NCBI RefSeq assembly: GCF_006345805.1
Contig: NC_043006.1
Location: forward strand, 23,064,001 to 23,128,000
Reading direction: 5' to 3'
DNA: 64,000 nt
From: Octopus sinensis
Lineage: Eukaryota
Made by a program: the position numbers and the translations under genes
Shown: one piece after another, positions 38,239-50,459 of the stretch
Position numbering within the stretch: the stretch's first letter is position 1
Layout of the letters: every line of letters starts with the position of its first letter
The notes under the pieces: model-generated
Databases searched by the model: none
What the model was told of the DNA's origin: nothing
What the model saw: only the letters and a program-made list of their open reading frames with translations

Positions 38239-38712
38239 GAGTGAGAGAGCAGTGCATGTCCTCAAAGTGACACTGGGGTAAAATATACGAAGCCCATTAT
38301 ACCCATCATGACTACCCGTCTGATAAGGGTACACTAGGCACATGCATCACAACCCTATGTGCGTGACATGGTGATCTCATATCAAGAGAACCGACACATG
38401 ACCTTGCAGGTGGGCCCAGTTAGAATTTTCTTCTGGTCGAGTAACCCATCTCGCTCAAAAGGTCCCTGAATAAGGGTTGTTTAAGGATGTTGAACGAAAC
38501 ACCCATGTTTCCAGAGGTGAATTATTCAAACCCCAAAGAATCCCTCTCAACACATGGCTATGATGCTCCTCCACTACTTCTGCTCGTGATCAGAGATGCA
38601 CATATCGTCAGCCACTAAGGGACATGCTCAACTGGTTAAGGTCAAACAACTGACAAGCAAATCTGTGGTATTGAGCAGAATATTTGCTGTAGCCCATCTT
38701 TTATACCAAGAC
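38239..38712. mobile_element. (ATT)n-embedded element, copy 2
   Basis: Colinear with 26699-27175. (ATT)n lies directly on both sides. Confidence 0.85.
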
Positions 38713-38720
38713 TTATTATT

Positions 38721-38751
<31 letters not shown>

Positions 38752-39041
38752 TATTATTATTATTATTATTATTTTTTTTTTTTTTTTTTCTTCTTTCAAA
38801 TTTGCTTCCATTTCTTGCCGAGTGTCCTCCCGACTCCTAGGGCAAAGAAACCCATAGTATACATTGGTAGGCCATTAAACCAAACTCAGAAGTTCGTTCA
38901 TTTTTTTTTTTTTTTTTTTTATAAAGTTAAATTAAAATACATGAGCAGCAACAGTTCTCACATCGACAATGCTCTTCTCAATACGTGTGATGTACCAGTT
39001 AAGACAATCTTTTGCACTTCTTCTTCTTCTTCTTCTTCTTC

Positions 39042-39082
<41 letters not shown>

Positions 39083-40171
39083 ATTATTATTATTATTGAT
39101 TTCTGTTTTGACCAGGACCCAGATAATACAATTGTATCTTAAGCAAGATGGACATTCATACAATTTTCCAAAAGTATAGAGTGCGGCAGAAAAACGTCCC
39201 ATCAGCGTGATGTTTGCGCAATTAGGCAAGTGGTGTCTTCATGTTACTGCTTTACTGGAGTTTTTTTAAACTAGTTATCATGATGATTTGAGACTGCGTT
39301 TGTTTTTGAAAGATTGATTAAGCTGTAAAATGTGGGAGCCTCATCCTGCATCAATTTCATCACACAAGGAAACAGTATCGGCTTGCCGAGATCTTGAGCT
39401 TATTTCTACCTCATCCTCTGTAGTGATCATGTAATACACCAATAGTAAATGAAATAGTAGGACGAGGAATGGGGGTACTCGGTAGAGCAATAGACAAAAT
39501 ACAATGCTGTATTTACTCATGGTACTTTACTCATGGACTAAAATCCCACTGAATGAACTCTTCTACTCAACTACTTATAACACAAGTACCAGTCATATAC
39601 TGAGGTACATTCAATCCACAATTTGTTCTCATGTTTCTTGTAAGGTATTAGGGATATAAGTGAGGTTAAATGACTTAAAACTGCAATCGGAACTTCGCTG
39701 GGTTGCTAACCTCCATTCTGTAGCACTTAACTATATGATTAAGTAGAGACTTTATAAAAAGACAGCTTAGATGGTAGACAGACAAACAGATTGACGAAGG
39801 GTTGGACAGTGAGTGGGGATTTAGAGTTTGATATTTAAACATGACATAGCAAGTGTAGAATGATGTTTTGAGAGTGCTATTGGAGTGAAACGGCAACTCC
39901 TGAAAATTACATGACGCTAGAAGAGGGGAAGGGAAATCTAGTGGCACATACCAATCTGTAAGATATGGCTGAAATTATTTATAAAAAGAAAGAGGAGGGC
40001 GAGAATGACTTAAATGTACCCTAAATAGCATGATACCATGAAATACCATGAAATACCATTACACCATACCATAACATATCATAGGCGTTAATACACAATA
40101 TGGTTAACCCATGCCAACGAACTGTATGATATATCATTACAATTCGTAACTACAGAGTATGTATTTTTCTG

Positions 40172-40823
40172 CAGTGGTTCTCAACTGGAGTCGATATGGC
40201 TTTTAGGGGTCCATATAAGATTCTGTTTTAAAAATTTATTTGCAATAAATTGGTTATATTTCTACCATAAACAAAATATTTTAACATTTTTTAAAATACA
40301 ATTCCTAATAATATTTAATTATAAAAATACTAGCAGCATTGCCCGGCGTTGCTCGGGTTTGTAAGGGAAATAACTATATAAGCATTTTTAGAGAGTTATA
40401 GCCCAAAATTAGCAAAAAAATGCATTAAAAATGGGAAAAAATTGATGGTAAATTTTTTTTTAAATCGATGATTCATCGTAGACATTTTTAGAGAGTTACT
40501 TCCCTTATATAATAGCGAAAAATGCATTAAAATGGAAAAAAATGATGGTAAATTTTTTTTAAATCGTAGACTCATTGTAGACGCGCGCTAATACCCAGAA
40601 GGGCTCGATATGAATCACGACTATAAGATACCCGCTTTTGGTTAAACTGCACCGCAAAATGTGGGAGTAGTTAGGAATCTAAATCGTAGGAGACAGACAC
40701 ACAACTTGACTTTTATATATAAAGATATCAGGATTTTTTAAATATGGAATTGCTTATGCGGGTGCATCCAAGTAAAATAGGAATCATATGGGTTCATAGG
40801 TAAAAACTGGTTGAGAAACACTG
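40172..40823. mobile_element. hAT/Charlie-type MITE carrying nested Helitron copy 3 (40330-40725)
   Basis: CAGTGGTTCTCAAC ... GTTGAGAAACACTG with TSD tttttctg/ttttactg (7 of 8 match). The Helitron is inserted at A|T. Confidence 0.85.
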
Positions 40824-40899
40824 TTTTACTGTAACAAAAAGTGAAATAGATAGTCTCTATAACTAAATGAATTGTAAGAAGTACTCAAAAGTCTTTCAA

Positions 40900-41018
40900 A
40901 TATGAATTTGAAGCAGCTCAAGGTATATCAACAAAGAGGAACACACATACACAAGGTTTGTGTGTTGTTAGTTCGTGGGTCGGCTGTTTATATACCTTGA
41001 GCTGCATCTAATTCATAT
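40900..41018. repeat. Short foldback element with 29-bp inverted arms
   Basis: atatgaatttgaagcagctcaaggtatat vs the reverse complement of atataccttgagctgcatctaattcatat, 27/29 identical. Confidence 0.8.
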
Positions 41019-41295
41019 CTAATTGTTTCCATTGGCATGAAACGTTGGGACATATCAGCAGATAGTGCTTAAACCATTTTGCATGTAGTCATAATCGGCG
41101 ATATGGCTTGCAGCGGACCTTGTTCGGTATGCGGCATTGGTTAGTCACAAGAACGACGAAACATCGATGTCTGTCGCTTGACTATGACTTACTTTCAGGT
41201 GTTTTTACACCAGGCGCATAGGGAATATATTCTCGTGCGCCTAAAAACCGCAGCCGATCCACACATACTTTGTGTATGCGTAGGTAACACATACC

Positions 41296-41521
41296 TATTT
41301 CTTTATTACCCACAAGGAGCTAAACACAGAGGGGACAAACAAGGACAGACATAGGTATTAAGTCGATTACATCGACCCCAGTGCGTAACTGGTACTTAAT
41401 TTATCGACCCCGAAAGGATGAAAGGCAAAGTCGACCTCGGCGGAATTTGAACTAACAACGTAACGCAGACGAAATACCGCTAAGCATTTCGCCCGGCGTG
41501 CTAACGTTTCTGCCAGCTCGC
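41296..41521 (-). mobile_element. SINE family A, full length
   Basis: 17-bp TSD cgtaggtaacacatacc (41279-41295, 41522-41538). Confidence 0.9.
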
Positions 41522-41812
41522 CGTAGGTAACACATACCGTGTGTTATAACAACACATATACCTTGTGTATGTGTTCGATTTTACTCAAAAGTGTGTATAT
41601 AAATTATTCGTTTTGTTTATATACAGAGCCTTGACACTTTCTATTCCAGTAGTTCGTAACCTGGGTAGTAGTGCATACCTGGGGGAGTTGTGCGCTCCCG
41701 TGAGTGCACAAGGTGTTTGGAGGAGTCGCGATTTTTAAAAAAATCTTTATTTAGAATGAAAAAACATTTATCAGTCACAATATGTGCTGTGTGGCATGTC
41801 AAAGAATAAATA

Positions 41813-42033
41813 TTTCTTTACTACCCACAAGGGGCTAAACACAGAGGGGACAGACAAGGACAGACAAACGGATTAAGTTGATTACATCGACCCCCAGTGT
41901 GTAACTGGTACTTAATTTATCGACCCTGAAAGGATGAAAGGCAAAGTCGACCTCGGCGGAATTTGAACTCGGAACGTAACGACAGAGGAAATACGGCTAC
42001 GCATTTCCCCCGGCGTGCTAACGTTTCTGCCAG
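41813..42033 (-). mobile_element. SINE family A
   Basis: Colinear with other copies. Confidence 0.85.
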
Positions 42034-42600
42034 TAAAGCCAATGTTTCCTCTGTGTGTCGTAAAAGGTGACTAAAAAAGGTTGAAATAGGATTTTCGCTT
42101 CGGCCTCATAAAACCCTCACCTGTAACGACTGTCCAACCAGACCTATAAGTTGAAAGGTTGTCGCCCGAGTGGTGCAAGGGTGACCTCTGCTCAGAGTAG
42201 GATATTACCAAAATATGGTGAATGCAGCGATGTGCTGTTATAGCCAATGCCCCGATGCTTCGATAAATATTGATCACAATACTATTTTTAAAATATTTCG
42301 AAACAATAAACTTTATTAGAATGAAATAGGAGTAAGACGTTACGTTTTCAATGTGTATCAACATGTCTGATGTTGCACCATTATATAAGTCATTATGTAC
42401 ATACATATTTACATAATGTGCATGTATATATGCATTTATGTATGTACTTTTGTATGTATATATATATATATATATATACCGGAGTAAACACATAAATGTG
42501 AAACAAGGTGGAAAAAAACTGTCTGATGAATGGCAACGAGAAACTCAGAGTAACAGATTTTGTTGAATTTTCTGCTGCTTTAAATACAGTGTATATATAT

Positions 42601-42871
42601 ATACTCTTTTACTCTTTTACTTGTTTCAGTCATTTGACTGCGGCCATGCTGGAGCACCGCCTTAAATCGAGCAACTCGACCCCGGGACTTATTCTTTGTA
42701 AGCCCAGTACTTATTATATCGGTCTCATTTGCGAACCGCTAAGTGACGGGGACATAAACACACCAGCATCAGTTGTCAAGCAATGCTAGGGGGACAAACA
42801 CAGACACACACACAAACAACACACACACACATACACACATACACACCACACACACACACATATATATAATG

Positions 42872-42941
<70 letters not shown>

Positions 42942-43100
42942 TACGACGGGCTTTCAGTTTCCGTCTACCAAATCCACTCACAAGGCTTGGTCGGCCGAGG
43001 CTATAGTAGAAGACACTTGCCCAAGGTGCCACGCAGTGGGACTGAACCCGGAACCATGTGGTTGGTAAGCAAGCTACTTACCACACAGCCACTCCTGCGC
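42601..43100 (-). mobile_element. SINE family B, full length
   Basis: Colinear with 5853-6299. Confidence 0.85.
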
Positions 43101-43126
43101 TTATATATATATTATTTAGAATAATT

Positions 43127-43273
43127 TTGATTCGACTCTATGCGACTTAAAGTTCTGTGGCCCTCTAACAGAAACTCGTCTCTTTCAGGCTTAGATTACC
43201 GAAATCTAAGCCTGAAGGAGATACGTTTCTCTTAGAAGCCCGCGAAACTTTAAGTTGCATAGAGCCGAATCAA
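43127..43273. repeat. 147-bp palindrome (71-bp arms, 5-nt loop)
   Basis: Arms 43127-43197 and 43203-43273, with 12 mismatches and no indels by hand alignment. Confidence 0.9.
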
Positions 43274-43477
43274 GCTATTTTAGATTATACTCGTAACTCC
43301 TACTAAATGTGTCGAGTGCCTTTTCTTTCGTTTGTCCACTTACTCGTACACACACACACACACACACACACAACACGCAGAACAGAGCTAATAGTGGGGG
43401 ATTATCAATCCGGGAAAAATACTTCATAAGCTCCCTGTTCGCATACCGGGCAAACAATATTGTTTAGATGAGTGAAG

Positions 43478-43577
43478 NNNNNNNNNNNNNNNNNNNNNNN
43501 NNNNNNNNNNNNNNNNNNNNNNNNNNNNNNNNNNNNNNNNNNNNNNNNNNNNNNNNNNNNNNNNNNNNNNNNNNNNN
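43478..43577. other. Assembly gap (100 N)
   Basis: Exactly 100 N, typical of a scaffold join of unknown true size. Confidence 0.99.
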
Positions 43578-43915
43578 TGTGTGCACGTCCTCTTGTTGTC
43601 CGTTAATTTTACTCGTTTATTTAAATTGACTATATATATATATACAGTTAATAAAAAGGAAAATGTCCCTTGCATTTGAAAACTATGGAAATATTTTTTA
43701 AAAAATTTTCCCTTTAATCTGTCCACAATTTAATTGTTTTTCATGCTTTACTCTAAGTTGAAAGAGTCGCAAAGATTGAAACCGTGCTAAAATTTTTTCA
43801 TGATAGAATTATTTTAGCATTTTGTTAGCTGTTTTTTATATTACTTATATATTATATATTATATATATTATATTATATTATATTATCTATAATATATATA
43901 TATATATTATATATA

Positions 43916-43958
<43 letters not shown>

Positions 43959-44234
43959 TATATATATATATATATTATTATATATATATACAAACATATA
44001 TATATACACACACACACACACACATACGGCGGTCATCTGTCAGTTTCCAAATCCACTCAGTGTCTGCACCAATCTATAGTAGAATACACATATTCAAGCC
44101 ATCACGCAGTGGGACTGAACCCGGAACCATGCGGTTGTGAAGCAACACAGCTACGCCAGCGCCTGTACAGAAAGACATGTGCCTAGCTGCGCTTCCTTGT
44201 TTGCATGTGTCCATATCACTCACTCACACACACG

Positions 44235-44271
<37 letters not shown>

Positions 44272-45039
44272 ACACCACACACATGTAAAAGAAAAATTTT
44301 GAGATTTGATTTCAATACACAATTTTTGTGAATTAGGGCATTTCTTTACTACCCACCTCGAATGACCGGGCGATACATATCTTCAATATTTAGTTATTTT
44401 TCTTTATAACCGTCATAGTAATAATTAATCTTTTATCAAGACAAGCACATCGAAGAATCTAGACACTTTCTGTTTTATTCTATGTATTTTCTGTTCTATT
44501 TTGCTTTCTGTTATTTTTCTGAATTTTTTTTTTATTAATCTTGGATTCTCTGACTATGATTTACAGCCATAAGAATTGGAAGCTCTTAAAAAAAAGAACA
44601 GCCAAAAACAACCAAAAAAAAATGAACATCTATGAATATTTATTGGGAAGAAGCAGAGAAAAGAAAAAGGAAAAAAAGGATGGGGACGCTCTTCTGGAGA
44701 TCCATTTTAAGATTTTGGATAGCAAGAAATAATCTGTGTCAGAGTAACAGTTTTCTATAATGGAAATTGAGCATTTAACGGAAATTTATGTTAAATTGGC
44801 TGAAAAGCATAAGTTTTATTTATGTTGTTCTAGCTGCTGGTGGTGCTGCTGTTGTTGTTGTTGTTTGTTGTTGTTGTTGTTGTTGTCGCTGCGGGACTTG
44901 TTTTTATTACAATCAATTCCAAGATATAAGATTAGTAAATGTTATTTCTTTTCTTCTTTTTCTTTCTGTTTTTTTTTCTTTCTTTTTGCATTGCACTAGG
45001 AATGAACGAGTTAGTTCGCAATGTTCGGTGGGATAAGTC

Positions 45040-45144
45040 TACACGGGAAATAACGAAACGAGGGTTGGTTTGTTTACATTTTCTATCAGATATAGCAATA
45101 TTAGAAACATATAATAAAACTTTATACACACTCACACATCAACG

Positions 45145-45182
<38 letters not shown>

Positions 45183-45364
45183 CACATACACACATGCAGA
45201 CACACCATCATATATACGAGTGCATATGTATATTTTTATAAATATAAATAAATGTATGATGTATGGCATGTGCTTTGTTGTGTGTCTGCATGTGTGACTT
45301 TCAGATTGCTATATCTGATAGAAAATGTAAACAAACCAACCCTCGTTTTGTTATTTCCCGTGTA
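45040..45364. repeat. Inverted repeat with 60-bp arms
   Basis: 45040-45099 vs 45305-45364, one mismatch. The spacer holds an inner 17-bp inverted repeat cacacatgcagacacac/gtgtgtctgcatgtgtg. Confidence 0.9.
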
Positions 45365-45430
45365 ATTTATACAAAGCGTAGTTTATACGCACATGCATAT
45401 ACATACGCATATATATATATATATATAATA

Positions 45431-45472
<42 letters not shown>

Positions 45473-45964
45473 ATATATATATATATATATTGGCTGATGA
45501 GAAATCGCGCTAAATTTCGAAACCGTTACTGAGTTGATCAGCATTTACTGTTCTGACCCATTTGAGGTAAGACATTATTGTTCACTGATATTTTTACCTA
45601 TCTTGTCTGTTATGGATTTGTGACTATTCGGTGGTACAGGAGTATTTTTCGACTTCAATCATAGGTACTCATGTTGTATCCTTATGCATGTATGTACATA
45701 TCTAATATTGTATGTACAGCTAATAATTCGCTTACCACTTGTGATGGTATTTTAATAATACCATCCCTATATTTATATATATTATATATATACATCATAC
45801 ATATATGTATGTATATATATATATATTCAAATTCAAAATGGCTGACGACTAGTATCACGCTAGAAACTTAAGAGTACCAACGAATTTGAATAAAACTGTT
45901 TTGATCCGTACATGTAATTCATAATAAGTTTGCTGAGTGCCCTTCTTTCATTTGTCCCTCAATC

Positions 45965-46032
<68 letters not shown>

Positions 46033-46440
46033 GTATGTATATGCATGTGCGTATAAACTACGCTTTGTGTATCCGTGTGTGTGTGTGTAGAGAGAGAGAG
46101 ATAGATGTTTATATGAGCGTAGTAATGCGTGCATGGGTATATATGCGTGTGTATGTGCGTGTATACGTAGACATATATATGCATATATGTGTGCTTGTAT
46201 GTTATGTACACGCGCGTGTGAGTATGTATATATATATGTATATATACATACATGTGTGTGTGTGCGTATGAATGAAGTATTACTTTCTCCACGCCTATTG
46301 GAGTAATTTCCCTTTTTTCTTTCATAGCGTTTGTCTTAATAACTGATGAGATGCCGGAGCAGACTTCAGCCCAGGCATCCGAAGCTCTGAGTTTTCTTAT
46401 GACAACCAACTAATTTTCACATATTACATATATTTTTTTT

Positions 46441-46821
46441 TTACTCTTTTACTTGTTTCAGTCATTTGACTGCGGACATGCTGGAGCACCGCCTTTAATC
46501 GAGCAACTCGACCCCGGGACTTATTCTTTGTAAGCCCAGTCTCTTTTGCCGAACCGCTAAGTGATGGGGACATAAACACACCAGCATCGGTTGTCAAGCA
46601 ATGCTAGGGGGACAAACACACACACATACACATACATATATATATATACATATATACGACGGGCTTCTTTCAGTTACCGTCTACCAAATCCACTCACAAG
46701 GCTTTGGTCGGCCCGAGGCTATAGTAGAAGACACTTGCACAAGGTGCCACGCAGTGGGACTGAACCCGGAACCAAGTGGTTGGTAAGCAAGCTACTTACA
46801 CCACACAGCCACTCCTGCGCC

Positions 46822-46822
<1 letters not shown>
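46441..46822 (-). mobile_element. SINE family B, full length
   Basis: Colinear with 5853-6299. Confidence 0.85.
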
Positions 46823-46881
<59 letters not shown>

Positions 46882-47201
46882 CTGGAGGTGCGTGACCTTG
46901 GGTTTAAAGTATTGTATTCATCATCGTAAAATTTTTGCCTAGATTCCTGCATCGACTGATAGGTAGTGTTCTTGAGTAGAGCACTTCTTTCCATGTTGAT
47001 TAAATCCACTCAACTGGCAAAAGTGAGTAATGAACGACAGACTGGCGAAACGTCCAGTGGGTATTATATACGCCATAGAAATCGGAAGACTAGCCTTAAA
47101 GCCTTCCTCGAGAAGAATCATTGAATCTCTGTTTACACACACACACCCACACACGCACACACACCACACACACACATATATAATATATATTATATATAAT
47201 A

Positions 47202-47236
<35 letters not shown>

Positions 47237-47563
47237 CATATGTGTGTAAGTATGTATTGAATATCTTGTATATGTACGTACATACCTGCATACGTACATA
47301 TATGTATTGTATGAACGAGTGAAAAGAGAAAAGTAAGTAACCCTCAGCTAATTTGATAGAAGTTGCAAATATATTTTTTAAAACAAGTTTGACTCAACTC
47401 CGCATGACTAAAGGTTTCGTGGGCATGTAGGACACGTTTAACTCATCAAATGCTAGGAAATTTTTGTAGGCCTTTTGGTTCCTTTGTTTTCCAAATACCA
47501 AAATTATTTTTTCTCTTCGAATAGTGATTTTACACAGCTAATTTTTAACAAGAATACACATTA

Positions 47564-47744
47564 GGCGCAGGAGTGGCTGTGTGGTAAGTAGCTTGCATAC
47601 CAACCACATGGTTCCGGGTTCAGTCCCATTACGTGGTACCTTGGGCAAGTATCTTCTACTATAGCCTCGGGCCGACCAAAGCCTTGTGAATCGATTTGGT
47701 AGACGGAAACTGAAAGAAGCCCGTTGTATATATGTATGTATGTA

Positions 47745-47780
<36 letters not shown>

Positions 47781-47814
47781 CACACTGCATATATATACAC
47801 ACATGCATATATAT

Positions 47815-47859
<45 letters not shown>

Positions 47860-47943
47860 TAGAAAAAACCCACCTTTTAGCAATTCAAAATGAACGATTA
47901 AATTACACCATCTAGAAAATTATAATATAATATATATATATAT

Positions 47944-47975
<32 letters not shown>

Positions 47976-48178
47976 GTGTATCTGTGTTTGTCCCTCCAAC
48001 ATCTCTTGACAACCGATGCTGGTGTGTTTAGGTCCCCGGCAAAGAGACCGATAGAATAAGTTCTAGGCTTACAAAGAATAAGTCCTGGAATCGATTTGAT
48101 TCGACTAAAGGTGGTGCTCCAGCATGGCCGCAGTCAAATGACTGAAACAAATATAAGAATGAAAGAATAAAAGAATAT
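47564..48178 (+). mobile_element. SINE family B with expanded internal microsatellite
   Basis: Head at 47564 and 3' half at about 47980-48178. Confidence 0.8.
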
Positions 48179-48614
48179 TTCATATTTCCAGTTATTTGAC
48201 GCGGAGGCCTGTCGTCATGTAATTAATTTGTATAATGAAATTGGAGACGTCTGTCTCTCTTAAAGTTACTATATAGATACAGTGAAATTAATGAAGATTA
48301 GAAGAACAGAGATTTGCACATCCAAGTTTTATTATACAGTTATTTACATCTTCATTAATTTCATTATTTTCTCTACGGGAACTATGCAGTCCCTAGAAGG
48401 ACATTCGATTTACCAAGTGAGAATTAACCGAGTATAGTAAATTCTAACTAACTTGAGTTTCATTAAAACGCACCGTAGCAGACCTGTATTGATAACCGAT
48501 AAGAGCTATAATCCTGGCGGTTACCATTTTAGCTCTTTTCGCAAGCCGATTTTTCACATGCGTTCTAACTAATCTTTCCACCGTTTAGGCCTAAAAAAGC
48601 CCTTATTGTTGGTT

Positions 48615-48954
48615 TCCTTGTCCTCTTATTCTTTATTTGTACTGTTTTTTCTACTGTTTTTTCTTCATTTGTATTGCTTTTAGGTCTTGTTCTTGTCACT
48701 TGTTTTACACCTCTGCAAAAGAATTTTATTTAATTCCTTTTGCAGGAAGGACTGTTTCAGCCTGGCCGTGTTCTGCCCTTACCTTCGAAACACGCATTGA
48801 GTCGAAACAGGGGCAGCTGATGAAGGGGAATTTTCCTTGTATTGTTTGTCCTGTACTCTGTTTTTTTCGCTGTTAAAAAAAGTCCGTTTCGTTGTTTGAT
48901 TTTATGTTTTCGTTTCTCGTTGTGTTCTACGTTTATTTGTGGTGTCCTGTACTC

Positions 48955-49014
<60 letters not shown>

Positions 49015-49134
49015 GCATGTATATATACATATAGATGTAAGTATGTACATATATGTATATATGCATATGTTTTATTTATTTATTATATTGTTATTATATG
49101 ACCGAACGCACGCGTTGTTTCTCTTCTCCAAGTA

Positions 49135-49135
<1 letters not shown>
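48615..49135 (+). mobile_element. Penelope-type terminal repeat (same family as 17070-17620)
   Basis: Colinear motifs cctc.gcaaaa...aattttatttaatt...gcaggaaggactgtttca, CTGATGA, ...gaacgc.acgcgt...ttccaagtaagtttta. Confidence 0.6.
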
Positions 49136-49189
<54 letters not shown>

Positions 49190-49225
49190 TATGTATGTAT
49201 GTATATATGTGCATATATGCACATA

Positions 49226-49512
49226 GTGGAGGCACATGGCCTAGTGGTTAGACCAGCGGACTCGCGGTCGAGGGATCGCGGGTTCGAATCTGTGACCGGA
49301 CGATGTGTGTTTATGAGCGAAACACCTAAGCAGAAGGTAATGGCGAAATTTCTGTTGCTGACTCTTTCGCCACAACTTTCACTCTTTCCTCCTGCATCTT
49401 GCAGCTCACCTGCGACGGACCAGCGTCCCGTCCAGGTGGGGAACCTACACGCAAGAAACCAGGAAACCGGCCCTTATGAGCCAGGCATGGCTCGAGAAGG
49501 AACAAAAAACAA
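49226..49512 (+). mobile_element. SINE family C variant (alternative tail)
   Basis: 14-bp TSD catatatgcacata. Tail ...gagccaggcatggctcgagaaggaaca. Confidence 0.85.
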
Positions 49513-50459
49513 CATATATGCACATACTCTCACATACATGCAAGCATCTTATCATTATATATATCTAGATAGAAACATGACATTTTTGCGTGTTTAACCT
49601 TTTTAAAAGCAATAATGAAAATGAAATCTTTCTATAAATAAATTTTAAATGATATTTCAATAATAAATACGAAACGATAAATATAGATTTTCATTTATTT
49701 ACACTATTTTTTACATTCATTTAAACCTCTTTCTTCTTTTACGTACTCAGTCGACCTGCTAGAAATAGTAACCAAATCTCCCAAATACCACATCTTCTCT
49801 CTTAATTAGTAAAGGAGACATTCGATAATGTAACCCTATATTTATAGTCATAGTCTAATAAAAATGAATGGGACGGTCAATGCAGAAATACTTTCGATTA
49901 TTTGTCAACTCGATCAGAAGTGACCATTCTGGTTACACAATTCAGTATAAGCCTGATATTCTTTCTAGGGTCTTTTGGTTTCTTTGTTTTCCAAATATCA
50001 AAATAATTTTTTTCTTTTCTTATAGCGATTTAAAATTTTTTTGGTTTTTTTCACTTTTCTTTTATTTAATGTAGAAGCGTTTTGTCATGTAATTATTTAG
50101 TGAAATGAATTTGGAACTTCTGTGTCTCTTAAAGTAGAATATATCTTAAATTTTGTTTCTAATTACATGAAATGATGTAAAATCGAATACAGTCTAGTCA
50201 CATGGATTCAATCTAAGAGTTATGTTGAGTACACGTCTGTAGAAAACTCAGCTGCTTATATGAAAATTTGACGAGGATTTGAATTGTTCGAACAACCGAA
50301 TACTTATCGTCTATACCGATAAATAATCCATAATTACATTTAAGCCAAGCAGTTATGAGGTAAAGGAGATTTAGCTGCTATTTCTAAGAGGTCGAAGCAC
50401 CGACTGGATGAAGGCTACTCTCGTTGTCGTATAAGCCGACTTCAATGAAATTGTAACAC

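Noticed and set aside
48780-48855. Functional type II hammerhead using the upstream GAAAC
   Set aside because: Stem III has only 2 bp and no stem I can form between GTC and CTGATGA. Kept only as a relic-architecture finding.
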